Virus record (IMG/VR): IMGVR_UViG_3300032214_001145
Span: 1-60,679 of that record
Origin: a virus
Lineage: Duplodnaviria; Caudoviricetes
Reading direction: 5' to 3' (one strand)
DNA length: 60,679 nt
How positions within the stretch are numbered: position 1 is the first letter of the stretch; every line of letters begins with the position of its first letter. Both the position numbers and the translations under genes were made by a program. Shown here piece by piece: positions 49,216 to 56,869 of this stretch. The notes under the pieces were generated by a model. It ran no database searches. It was not told where the DNA came from and saw nothing but the letters and a program-made list of their open reading frames with translations.

Positions 49216-50570
49216 ACTATTTTATATAAATCGAATTTTTTTCTTGGTTTAAAATTATCTAAAGTTTGTTCAATACCCTCGATCATTTTATCACACATTA
49301 TTTTATTTGATAAGTTATTAATCATAAACTCTCTACCCAACAAACCTTTTTCTTTTCTCTTCTTCTTACCAAATTTATACATCTTCATGATAGCATTTGA
49401 TACATCGTTATTGTTAACTCTATCATCAAAAATGTATGGTGTTGGAATGGACCCATTTAAATTTATGGCAGAAGACCAAACAGGTAGAACCCATTCGCCA
49501 TGTGGTGTTTTGCTATGTTTGTCCTTATCATGTAATGAACCTATTTCAATATAATCATCAGCAGTAAAGTCAAATCCACATTGGTCTTGTAGACCACCTG
49601 TAACATTAACAATGATCGGTGTTCCAGCCATCAGTGATTCTGCGGTTGTTAAACCAAAGCCCTCGTTATTTGCTATGTTAATTGTACAATCAACTGCATT
49701 GTAAAAATGATTTAACTTTTCTTGTTCTAATTTTAAATCAGTAAACTTAACATCATAATCAGGACACACCGCTTCTTTAACTGCTGTTAAGTCAGTACCA
49801 TTCTCATCCATAGGATTGGTGTGCATTAATAATAAACATTTTTCAGCTTTTTCTTTTGGTAACTTGTCACAAAATAATCTGAATGAATATATAACATCAC
49901 TTGGTTGCTTTCTTCTTATGTTTCTGTTGTTATAAAATAAAACAAAATCATATTCTTTACCTTCATGTATAAACTTTTGAACATCTTCTGCAATTGTTTC
50001 AACTGGTTTAAACACATCTGGATTAATTCCATGTGGAACATAACTGATTTGCCAATCTTCTAATGGCTTATATGTTTCTTTGTCTTTTGACTTACCAACT
50101 CTGTGTACAATTCCATATGTTTGTTTGGATATACAACCCAACCAATCACAACTTTCATAAAAGTTTCTATTGTATTTTGGATCTGGTAAATCATCCCAAA
50201 TATGGTAGAATAAAATTGGGGTATGCTGTCTGATTTCATGCTCATTATCATAAAGCCATTGCCAATAATGTGGATCGGTGAAGTGTAAGATAGCGTCTGG
50301 TTTCTCATCATTTAATAACTTTCTTAAAATATTCATATCACCATAACCATGATATGGAATTACTTTTAAGTTAGCATCTTTTATACCAGTTCTTTCTCTA
50401 ACATCATCATTGATATCGATAATTTTACCAAACTCTGGGTGTTTAATTGCTGCCCCCAGTTGAATCCAATCATACTTGTGCAATGTCCCCAAAACAAATT
50501 CTTTGGACATAGTAGCAATACCTGATGTCATTCTTAAATCATCAGATAGTAATAATATTTTTTTCTTCAT
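49212..50570 (-). CDS. Glycosyltransferase family 4 (GT-B)
   Basis: VPHGI, NRNIRRK, NEGFGLTTAESLMAGTP..TGGL. Confidence 0.88.
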   Translation of the reverse strand: MKKKILLLSDDLRMTSGIATMSKEFVLGTLHKYDWIQLGAAIKHPEFGKIIDINDDVRERTGIKDANLKVIPYHGYGDMNILRKLLNDEKPDAILHFTDPHYWQWLYDNEHEIRQHTPILFYHIWDDLPDPKYNRNFYESCDWLGCISKQTYGIVHRVGKSKDKETYKPLEDWQISYVPHGINPDVFKPVETIAEDVQKFIHEGKEYDFVLFYNNRNIRRKQPSDVIYSFRLFCDKLPKEKAEKCLLLMHTNPMDENGTDLTAVKEAVCPDYDVKFTDLKLEQEKLNHFYNAVDCTINIANNEGFGLTTAESLMAGTPIIVNVTGGLQDQCGFDFTADDYIEIGSLHDKDKHSKTPHGEWVLPVWSSAINLNGSIPTPYIFDDRVNNNDVSNAIMKMYKFGKKKRKEKGLLGREFMINNLSNKIMCDKMIEGIEQTLDNFKPRKKFDLYKIV

Positions 50571-50574
50571 TGAT

Positions 50575-50772
50575 TTAAAACTTAGAACCGGTTGTTGCTA
50601 GACCAGTGTGGTTGTTTATTTGATTTCTGAACTCTTCGTTCTTGTTGTACAGGTCCATTGATCTGTTAACTAATTTTTGAAAATTAATACTTCCTTCAAT
50701 GACATTAATTTTAAACTTCTTGTAAACATCATCTATGACATTGACAGTTGTTAATTTTGTGTTTGCTTTCAT
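50575..50772 (-). CDS. Small ribbon-helix-helix-like protein heading the glycosyltransferase operon
   Basis: KLTTVNVIDDVYKKFK..NFQKLVNRSMDLY strand-helix-helix pattern. Confidence 0.5.
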   Translation of the reverse strand: MKANTKLTTVNVIDDVYKKFKINVIEGSINFQKLVNRSMDLYNKNEEFRNQINNHTGLATTGSKF

Positions 50773-50805
50773 ATTAGTATATATGTCTTTATATATTAAA
50801 TGGTT

Positions 50806-50834
50806 AAAAAATAACGGACATAGTCCGCTATTTT
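50806..50834 (-). terminator. Intrinsic terminator after the MGCGCKK ORF
   Basis: Minus strand reads AAAATAGCGGAC-TAT-GTCCGTTATTTTTT. Confidence 0.65.
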
Positions 50835-50851
50835 ATTATGTTTAGATAAGT

Positions 50852-51010
50852 TTAACCATTTTTCTTATTCACCATTTCACGTAGAATGGTGGTTATTTTA
50901 ACCATTTCATCGGTAGTTTGTACCGCTGTTGGTGTTACCGACGGAGTTTGTTGTGTCGGCGCCTCTTGTGTTGTTTCTTGAACAGATCTCTTTTTACATC
51001 CGCATCCCAT
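50852..51010 (-). CDS. Small 52-aa protein not in the ORF track (MGCGCKKRSVQETTQEAPTQQTPSVTPTAVQTTDEMVKITTILREMVNKKNG)
   Basis: Translated by hand; upstream TATTTAT motif and downstream terminator. Confidence 0.75.
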   Translation of the reverse strand: MGCGCKKRSVQETTQEAPTQQTPSVTPTAVQTTDEMVKITTILREMVNKKNG

Positions 51011-51083
51011 AATAAAAGTCTTTTAGATAAATATTTGTTTATTGTTTTGATTAATATACCGAATTTTAAAATAAAATTGAATA

Positions 51084-51440
51084 TTAAACTGGATTATATT
51101 TTGTCCCTAAATATAAATTTACGTTATCTCCCTCAGACCATTCATCACAGGTGCCAGAAGGGAATTCATATACCATATCAGCAGCAGCGGTGAATCTTTG
51201 ACAATCCTCGCCATTACAAGGTTGACATCCAGGGAATATCTTATTTATTTTGTCATTAACAACAAAAACGATGTCTAATGGGATTAAACAATCTTTCATC
51301 CAGAAGCTATGGAATCCCCTTTTTAGTTTGAACCCCATGCACCCCTCAAGGTTATCTCTACCCATCATACCATTACTGATATCCTCTGGACTTCTCATAA
51401 GTTCCAATGGGAACACCTTACCATTTATTTCTACTTGCAT
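51084..51440 (-). CDS. DUF192-family protein
   Basis: GMMGR..GCM.F..SFWMKDCLIPLDIVF..VYEFPSG. Confidence 0.85.
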   Translation of the reverse strand: MQVEINGKVFPLELMRSPEDISNGMMGRDNLEGCMGFKLKRGFHSFWMKDCLIPLDIVFVVNDKINKIFPGCQPCNGEDCQRFTAAADMVYEFPSGTCDEWSEGDNVNLYLGTKYNPV

Positions 51441-51457
51441 ATCTATAAATATCTTGT

Positions 51458-51488
51458 TTGACTTTTAAGATTTTTTTATATATATTTG
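51458..51488 (+). promoter_or_regulatory. Promoter TTGACT-N17-TATATT(TG)
   Basis: TTGACT 51458-51463; TATATTTG 51481-51488 also fits the Bacteroidota -7 element TAnnTTTG. Confidence 0.75.
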
Positions 51489-51492
51489 AATT

Positions 51493-51732
51493 ATGAAAGC
51501 AATCTTTAACGGTATTCTCGAATTTGAGAACGATGAAAAACTAGAAGAAATTCTAAATCAGATGGATAAAAGCTTGGCAATCAAGCTATTAACTATTGCG
51601 TTGGACCTCACGACGGAGAATTTTAGCCTGGCTGAGAACCATGTAATCTATAAATGTTTAACTAAATTAAAACAAAATGAAGCTAAGACAGATCATTTAC
51701 GTAATGATGATAATAACGGGGATATTGGTTGA
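51493..51732 (+). CDS. Hypothetical protein
   Basis: ORF directly after the promoter. Confidence 0.6.
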   Translation: MKAIFNGILEFENDEKLEEILNQMDKSLAIKLLTIALDLTTENFSLAENHVIYKCLTKLKQNEAKTDHLRNDDNNGDIG

Positions 51733-51850
51733 AAGATATGGGCTTAACACCAATAATCCAGAACTTGAAAAATATTTTGGATTCGGGGCGATAGGTCTTG
51801 GGTCTTTTAATATAGTACTAGATTATATTCGTAAACCTAAAAAAAAATAA
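51677..51850 (+). CDS. Small 57-aa membrane protein not in the ORF track (MKLRQIIYVMMIITGILVERYG...)
   Basis: Translated by hand; two hydrophobic segments; stop 1 nt before the next ATG. Confidence 0.6.
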   Translation: MKLRQIIYVMMIITGILVERYGLNTNNPELEKYFGFGAIGLGSFNIVLDYIRKPKKK

Positions 51851-51851
51851 A

Positions 51852-52142
51852 ATGGACTTAACGGCGGAAATGGAGAATTACAACAAGGTTAAAGACATTG
51901 TACTAAACAAATTGGTGAGTGAGGGTCTATTAGACCAATCTGATTCAGAAGAATTTTCTGAAAGATGTCAGGTTTTAGCTTACAAAGGTAAATGGTTTAG
52001 TAAATGGTTTGACAAGAATGTAAAATCAGAAAACTCTGATGCAAATCCTAATGGTTATTACATTCGCATTATTGAATTAAAAGAAAGAGAAGACGATGTA
52101 GATCGTTTATTAAGAAGAACAACCGGAAATTATGACGACTAA
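51852..52142 (+). CDS. Hypothetical protein
   Basis: Part of a run of closely coupled ORFs. Confidence 0.6.
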   Translation: MDLTAEMENYNKVKDIVLNKLVSEGLLDQSDSEEFSERCQVLAYKGKWFSKWFDKNVKSENSDANPNGYYIRIIELKEREDDVDRLLRRTTGNYDD

Positions 52143-52350
52143 AGAACCAAAATATTTAACAGATTTTTTTCTCTACAATAAAAGATATCATTGGTTTATT
52201 ATACCAACGGTAGTATTTTTTTATAGGAAAGACGTATTTTTTGAAACAGGTCTTTGCACCCCAGCTTTTGGGTTTAGTGTAAGGTGGTTAACATTTTTTA
52301 TGGGAGTACAATTTCAACGAAACGCATATTACAACAAAAATGGATTATAA
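52132..52350 (+). CDS. Hypothetical protein
   Basis: Overlapping, coupled ORF rich in aromatic residues. Confidence 0.55.
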   Translation: MTTKEPKYLTDFFLYNKRYHWFIIPTVVFFYRKDVFFETGLCTPAFGFSVRWLTFFMGVQFQRNAYYNKNGL

Positions 52351-52708
52351 AAATAAAGTTTTGCTTTATAGTTGTATCTGTCTGGCATTTCTAATATCAT
52401 ATGGATATGTTAAAGATTTAAATGAACGGCAAGAACCCTTACCTGAAACAACTTCTTGTAAGGAAGATTCGTTACAGAATGTAATTAATCAATTAGTAAT
52501 TGATAAAGAGCATGATGAAGATGGATGGGACAATAAAGAAAAAAGATACGAGCAAGTAATCTTTGAATTTCAATATGGTTTAGATCATCTAAAAAATTAT
52601 CACCCACAAGCTTACCGAGAATTCCATAGAATCATTGGTTACAAAGAGGACTACTCTCATGAGGTGGAAAGAGAAAACAAAAAAAGATTATATGAATACA
52701 CTAGATAG
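52340..52708 (+). CDS. Hypothetical protein with N-terminal membrane anchor
   Basis: Hydrophobic N-terminus; similar in style to 58946..59248. Confidence 0.55.
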   Translation: MDYKNKVLLYSCICLAFLISYGYVKDLNERQEPLPETTSCKEDSLQNVINQLVIDKEHDEDGWDNKEKRYEQVIFEFQYGLDHLKNYHPQAYREFHRIIGYKEDYSHEVERENKKRLYEYTR

Positions 52709-53846
52709 TAAGTACCAAGAATTATTACAAGACATTTTGGATAATGGTGTTGTTAAAAGAGATAGAACTGGCACCGGAACTATTTCAGTATTCGGTAGAC
52801 AAATTCGCCATAAAATGTCACAAGGGTTTCCATTGTTAACCACGAAGAAAATGGCTTGGAAAACAATGGTGACAGAATTGATTTGGTTTCTAAGTGGGAG
52901 CACAAATATTAAGTACCTTGTTATGAACGGTTGTAATATCTGGAATGGCGATGCCTATAAAAATTATACCAAAGAGGTAAATGAAATCATTGATGGTTAT
53001 AAATGTGGTGATATTATGGGAATGCAAGACCACATTGAAAAACTATTCAGTGATTCTGATAAGTTAACACCATTGACTCAAGAAGAATTTATTGATTTAA
53101 TAAAAAAAGATGATGAGTTCGCAGAGGAATGGGGTGAGTTGGGGCCAATATATGGTGCACAATGGAGAAGCTGGCATACTAAAACCTTAATCAAAACAAC
53201 AATAAAAGATCCATTAAGTGGAAATGATACATATGTTGAAGGTGAAAAAGTAATTGATCAAATTCAAAACCTAATGGATGAACTTAAAACAAATCCAGAT
53301 AGTAGAAGATTGATGGTGAGTGCATGGAATGTAGGTGACTTAGATCATATGATACTACCACCATGCCACTATGGTTTTCAAGTTTATACAAGATTATTAA
53401 ATGGAGAAGAGAGATGGGAATTATTACAAAAGAAAGTCGGTAAAGAAAAATTTGATTTAATGGTTGAAGATATAATGCCATTCGGTGGTGGATTAAGTGA
53501 AGAGTTACAATCGTACAATATACCATCAAGAGCTATATCTTTGATGTGGAATCAAAGATCGGTTGATACATTCTTAGGATTACCATTTAACATAGCATCA
53601 TATGGTTTATTGTTGATGATGATTGCTGACGAAATGAATATGGTTCCTGACGAACTAATTGGCAATCTAGGTGATGTTCATTTATATTCCAATCACGTTG
53701 ACCAAGCAAAGGAGCAAATAAAAAGAGAACCATATGATTTACCGACAGTACATGTTATGGATGGTATATTTTCATTTGGTGATAAAGATGTTATATTAGA
53801 AAACTATCAATCACATCCATCAATAAAAGCCCCATTATCAAATTAA
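52692..53846 (+). CDS. thyA: Thymidylate synthase (with insertions)
   Basis: DRTGTGT, FPLLTTKK, ELIWFL, LGPIYGAQWR, SRRLMVSAWN, LPPCH, QRSVDTFLGLPFNIASY, GDVHLYSNH; ATG at 52692. Confidence 0.97.
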   Translation: MNTLDSKYQELLQDILDNGVVKRDRTGTGTISVFGRQIRHKMSQGFPLLTTKKMAWKTMVTELIWFLSGSTNIKYLVMNGCNIWNGDAYKNYTKEVNEIIDGYKCGDIMGMQDHIEKLFSDSDKLTPLTQEEFIDLIKKDDEFAEEWGELGPIYGAQWRSWHTKTLIKTTIKDPLSGNDTYVEGEKVIDQIQNLMDELKTNPDSRRLMVSAWNVGDLDHMILPPCHYGFQVYTRLLNGEERWELLQKKVGKEKFDLMVEDIMPFGGGLSEELQSYNIPSRAISLMWNQRSVDTFLGLPFNIASYGLLLMMIADEMNMVPDELIGNLGDVHLYSNHVDQAKEQIKREPYDLPTVHVMDGIFSFGDKDVILENYQSHPSIKAPLSN

Positions 53847-53847
53847 T

Positions 53848-54099
53848 ATGTTTATTCACATTACTCCTGATGAATTAGAGCCAGAATTTAAAGAGTCTTG
53901 GAAACTTGGCTTCATAACTCAACCATCAATTGATTATGCAGATAATGCAATCTATGCTAATTTTGAGGGTAAGTTGGTGATTATCTTTAGGTTTAAAGAT
54001 TATGGTTGGATCAATGACAATAGAACCAATACATATAAAGTTACCGCTGGACCTGCGGGGATAACAATACAAATAATAAGAAATGAGAGAAACAATTAA
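53848..54099 (+). CDS. Hypothetical protein
   Basis: Coupled ORF. Confidence 0.55.
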   Translation: MFIHITPDELEPEFKESWKLGFITQPSIDYADNAIYANFEGKLVIIFRFKDYGWINDNRTNTYKVTAGPAGITIQIIRNERNN

Positions 54100-54628
54100 A
54101 ATAGTTTTAATTTTTATAACCCTGATGTTATTGTTAGGTTTATCATGTGTTGGTCAGAATCAATTTTCTGATTACACCAACTATCTACGTAACAAATCAG
54201 AAGGTGATTACCTTTATGTAAAGGTTAAAAATAAAACAGAACAGATTTTAAATACAGATAGCGCTAAGTTAAATGCGTTTATCAGAGATTGGATGGGAGT
54301 TCGTTATCGATTAGGTGGAAGCACCAAGAGAGGTATTGATTGTTCTCAGTTCAGTAAGAAACTATACATGGTGGTTTATGGTAAAAGTTTGGGTAAAAAC
54401 TGTGCTGAACAGTGGAGCCAGACAACCAGAGTCCTCAAAGATAGTTTAAAAACCTCTGACATTGTGTTCTTCAGAAGTAGACAAAGTCCTAGTGGTTGGC
54501 ACTGTGGTGTCTACATTGGGGATAATAGGTTTGTACACGCCGCAAATAGAGCTGAGGGCGTGAAGATTAGTAGTTTAGATGAACCAAGATATAAACGAGC
54601 CTACAAGGGCTCTGGTAGGCTTAATTAA
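54083..54628 (+). CDS. NlpC/P60 cell-wall peptidase with signal/lipoprotein-like N-terminus
   Basis: YRLGG..GIDCSQF, DIVFF, HCGVYIG..FVHA. Confidence 0.92.
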   Translation: MRETIKIVLIFITLMLLLGLSCVGQNQFSDYTNYLRNKSEGDYLYVKVKNKTEQILNTDSAKLNAFIRDWMGVRYRLGGSTKRGIDCSQFSKKLYMVVYGKSLGKNCAEQWSQTTRVLKDSLKTSDIVFFRSRQSPSGWHCGVYIGDNRFVHAANRAEGVKISSLDEPRYKRAYKGSGRLN

Positions 54629-54756
54629 CGGCCCTGGCCTCTATATTTTTTAGGTTTTTGCGCTTTCGGACCGTAGTTCTTCTTAGCTTTTCCCTTACCT
54701 TTTTTACCAAAGCTAACTTTCATTGAACTAGCTGAGGAACCCTTTGCTTTTGCCAT
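54625..54756 (-). CDS. Small very basic protein (43 aa) ending KKYRGQGR
   Basis: ATG at 54756 with an upstream TATTTAT motif; Lys/Gly-rich. Confidence 0.7.
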   Translation of the reverse strand: MAKAKGSSASSMKVSFGKKGKGKAKKNYGPKAQKPKKYRGQGR

Positions 54757-54802
54757 ATAATATTTTTTTATATAAATACATATTGTGTAATTTTTTTTAT
54801 TA

Positions 54803-54841
54803 TATTTGTTCACAAATACTAACCGTTCACGGACCGTGAAC
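54803..54841. promoter_or_regulatory. Two tandem palindromes (operator-like) upstream of the first PcfJ-like gene
   Basis: TATTTGT-TC-ACAAATA (54803-54818) and GTTCACGG-A-CCGTGAAC (54825-54841). Confidence 0.5.
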
Positions 54842-54852
54842 ACCTAAATAAA

Positions 54853-56811
54853 ATGAACATGAAAAAAGAGGTTCTAACCCAGAGGTTCAATTACGGAATT
54901 ATAACCCTTTATAAGGATTATTCTAATATATCGGAAAAACCGGCGGATCGTAAGTCATTGCATGAGATTGGACAGGTCTGTGGCTCAACGATAACGGATA
55001 TTGATGACACTTTTAAAATCAATCTATTTGATGAAGATGAAAGTACATCTAGAATAAGACTCTCTTTTGAGGACACTCTATTTGGTTACAGCCCTGAAAA
55101 AATTAGTAATAATCTTCTTTTACATGGTAAAAAGTTTGGTAAAAAAAGAAACACCAAATATTTTTATAATGAAAACGAAAATGGTGAAGAGACCATTAAG
55201 TTTCATAGTAAACAAAGGTTATCTCATTTTACCACAAAGGATAGACAAATAAAACGTCATTACGGTAATCCGTTTTCGAGCATCTATGTACATCTTATTG
55301 AACGTTCAATTAAAATTGATGGTGATAAAATATGTGTAAGAGTTTATAGTCAAACAAAAACCAGAGAATTAAACTGCAAATATTTTAAAAGAAGAAAGTC
55401 AACTATTGGTTTTGTTTTTAATATAAAAACTGGGAACTTCATTACATATGATACATCTGGAGATTCAAAATCATTCAGACAAAATAACTTTAATCACTTA
55501 TTAAATGTTATTAAAAATGTTCTTGATAAATCAACAATTAATCATTTATCAATATCTGGAGATACAAGTGTGTCTCGCACCGACGTTCTATTGAAAAAAG
55601 AATTAGATAACAACGAATTCAACAGTACATTATTTCATCTAATTGGTAAGCACCTAAACAATAGAGAAAATTATTCTTTCACTAAAGATTTGAAAAGCAC
55701 CCAACAAGCTGATCAACTTCTTGATTGGATCATGAAATTGTTTTTAGACATAAATAAAATCAAAGTACCTAATTTGTACAAAGCTTTGTTAATGGAGTGG
55801 TACCCAACAAAACCATTCCTAAAAAAGAATGATAATAAATTAATAGTTTCAATTTTGGATAGACTAGGTTTGAAAACAAAGTCTATGATTAAATTAATGC
55901 ATAAAGACAATTTTGACATTAAAAAAGTTTTATTACTAGTAAAATATTTTGGTTACAAGGACATTTCAAAGTATCTATCAAACATTCATCCCGATTTTTT
56001 AGGTATGTTGTGGAAACATGATTCGGTGTCATTTTCTAGTATAGAAACGTCATATCATTTTTTCCAAAAACCAAAAGAATATGATCTAACAACTAGAGAG
56101 AAAACAAATATCTTAAAGTTAATCAACCAGTTGTTCATAGATAATGGTAACACTGAATCGCTGAATAAGGTTACCGGTAATGCTTTCAGACAATTTGATG
56201 ATCATTTTAATATGATTGCTAAAATAAGAAAGTACATTCCTGAAACAGAAATGCGAGCAACAACGCAAATGGAGTTTCATCATGAACACTTGGAGTTATC
56301 AAAGATTGAGAGGACAATTAGAAAAGGTTATTCAATTCAATATACTTTTGAAAAACGTTTAATTGACACAATTGAGAAGGCGATATTAAATCATGTAAGT
56401 GATGATACATACTTTACAACAACGGCGTTCTATCCTGTTATTTTAAAAACAGACGCTGAGTACACTGAAGAAGGTGGACACATGCATCATTGTGTTGCGA
56501 GTTATGCGGATTCAGAAAATTCGTTAATCATTTCTCTTCGTGAGAATAGTTCAATTGGTGATGAAAGAGTGACTTGTGAGTATAGCACAAAAACCAAAGA
56601 GCTGATCCAAGCTAAATCTTTTTGCAATGCTAAGCCACCAGAAAGATTTGAAAATGTTATAGAAGAACTAACCAAAAGAATTGAAAAATTCAGAGGGTCT
56701 ATTAAATCTACGGGTAAAGAAAAAATACCATTACTTATAAATGGTATTGAAGTAGCCCCGCCACCAAAAGACGAGTTTACAGACTTGATGGATAGGCTAG
56801 CACTATTTTAA
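54853..56811 (+). CDS. PcfJ-like domain protein
   Basis: EEGGHMHHCVASY..IISLR..RVTCEY..IQAKSFCN. Confidence 0.75.
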   Translation: MNMKKEVLTQRFNYGIITLYKDYSNISEKPADRKSLHEIGQVCGSTITDIDDTFKINLFDEDESTSRIRLSFEDTLFGYSPEKISNNLLLHGKKFGKKRNTKYFYNENENGEETIKFHSKQRLSHFTTKDRQIKRHYGNPFSSIYVHLIERSIKIDGDKICVRVYSQTKTRELNCKYFKRRKSTIGFVFNIKTGNFITYDTSGDSKSFRQNNFNHLLNVIKNVLDKSTINHLSISGDTSVSRTDVLLKKELDNNEFNSTLFHLIGKHLNNRENYSFTKDLKSTQQADQLLDWIMKLFLDINKIKVPNLYKALLMEWYPTKPFLKKNDNKLIVSILDRLGLKTKSMIKLMHKDNFDIKKVLLLVKYFGYKDISKYLSNIHPDFLGMLWKHDSVSFSSIETSYHFFQKPKEYDLTTREKTNILKLINQLFIDNGNTESLNKVTGNAFRQFDDHFNMIAKIRKYIPETEMRATTQMEFHHEHLELSKIERTIRKGYSIQYTFEKRLIDTIEKAILNHVSDDTYFTTTAFYPVILKTDAEYTEEGGHMHHCVASYADSENSLIISLRENSSIGDERVTCEYSTKTKELIQAKSFCNAKPPERFENVIEELTKRIEKFRGSIKSTGKEKIPLLINGIEVAPPPKDEFTDLMDRLALF

Positions 56812-56823
56812 CTACACAATATA

Positions 56824-56869
56824 AATAATTCCATCTATATTACTCAAAAGGTTTATAGATGGAATTATT
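56824..56869 (+). promoter_or_regulatory. 16-bp perfect hairpin sequestering the start codon at 56859
   Basis: AATAATTCCATCTATA (56824-56839), 14-nt loop, TATAGATGGAATTATT (56854-56869). Confidence 0.7.

Noticed and set aside
50918-51193. Plus-strand 91-aa Cys/Arg-rich ORF as a possible peptide precursor
   Set aside because: It is antisense to the MGCGCKK and DUF192 genes, has a TTG start, and has no supporting expression signals
331-55919. Numerous short ORFs in the track that are antisense or out of frame within long genes (e.g. 4745..5266, 14045..14347, 30551..30931, 49204..49554)
   Set aside because: They are nested in well-supported CDSs and carry no motifs, so they are shadow ORFs
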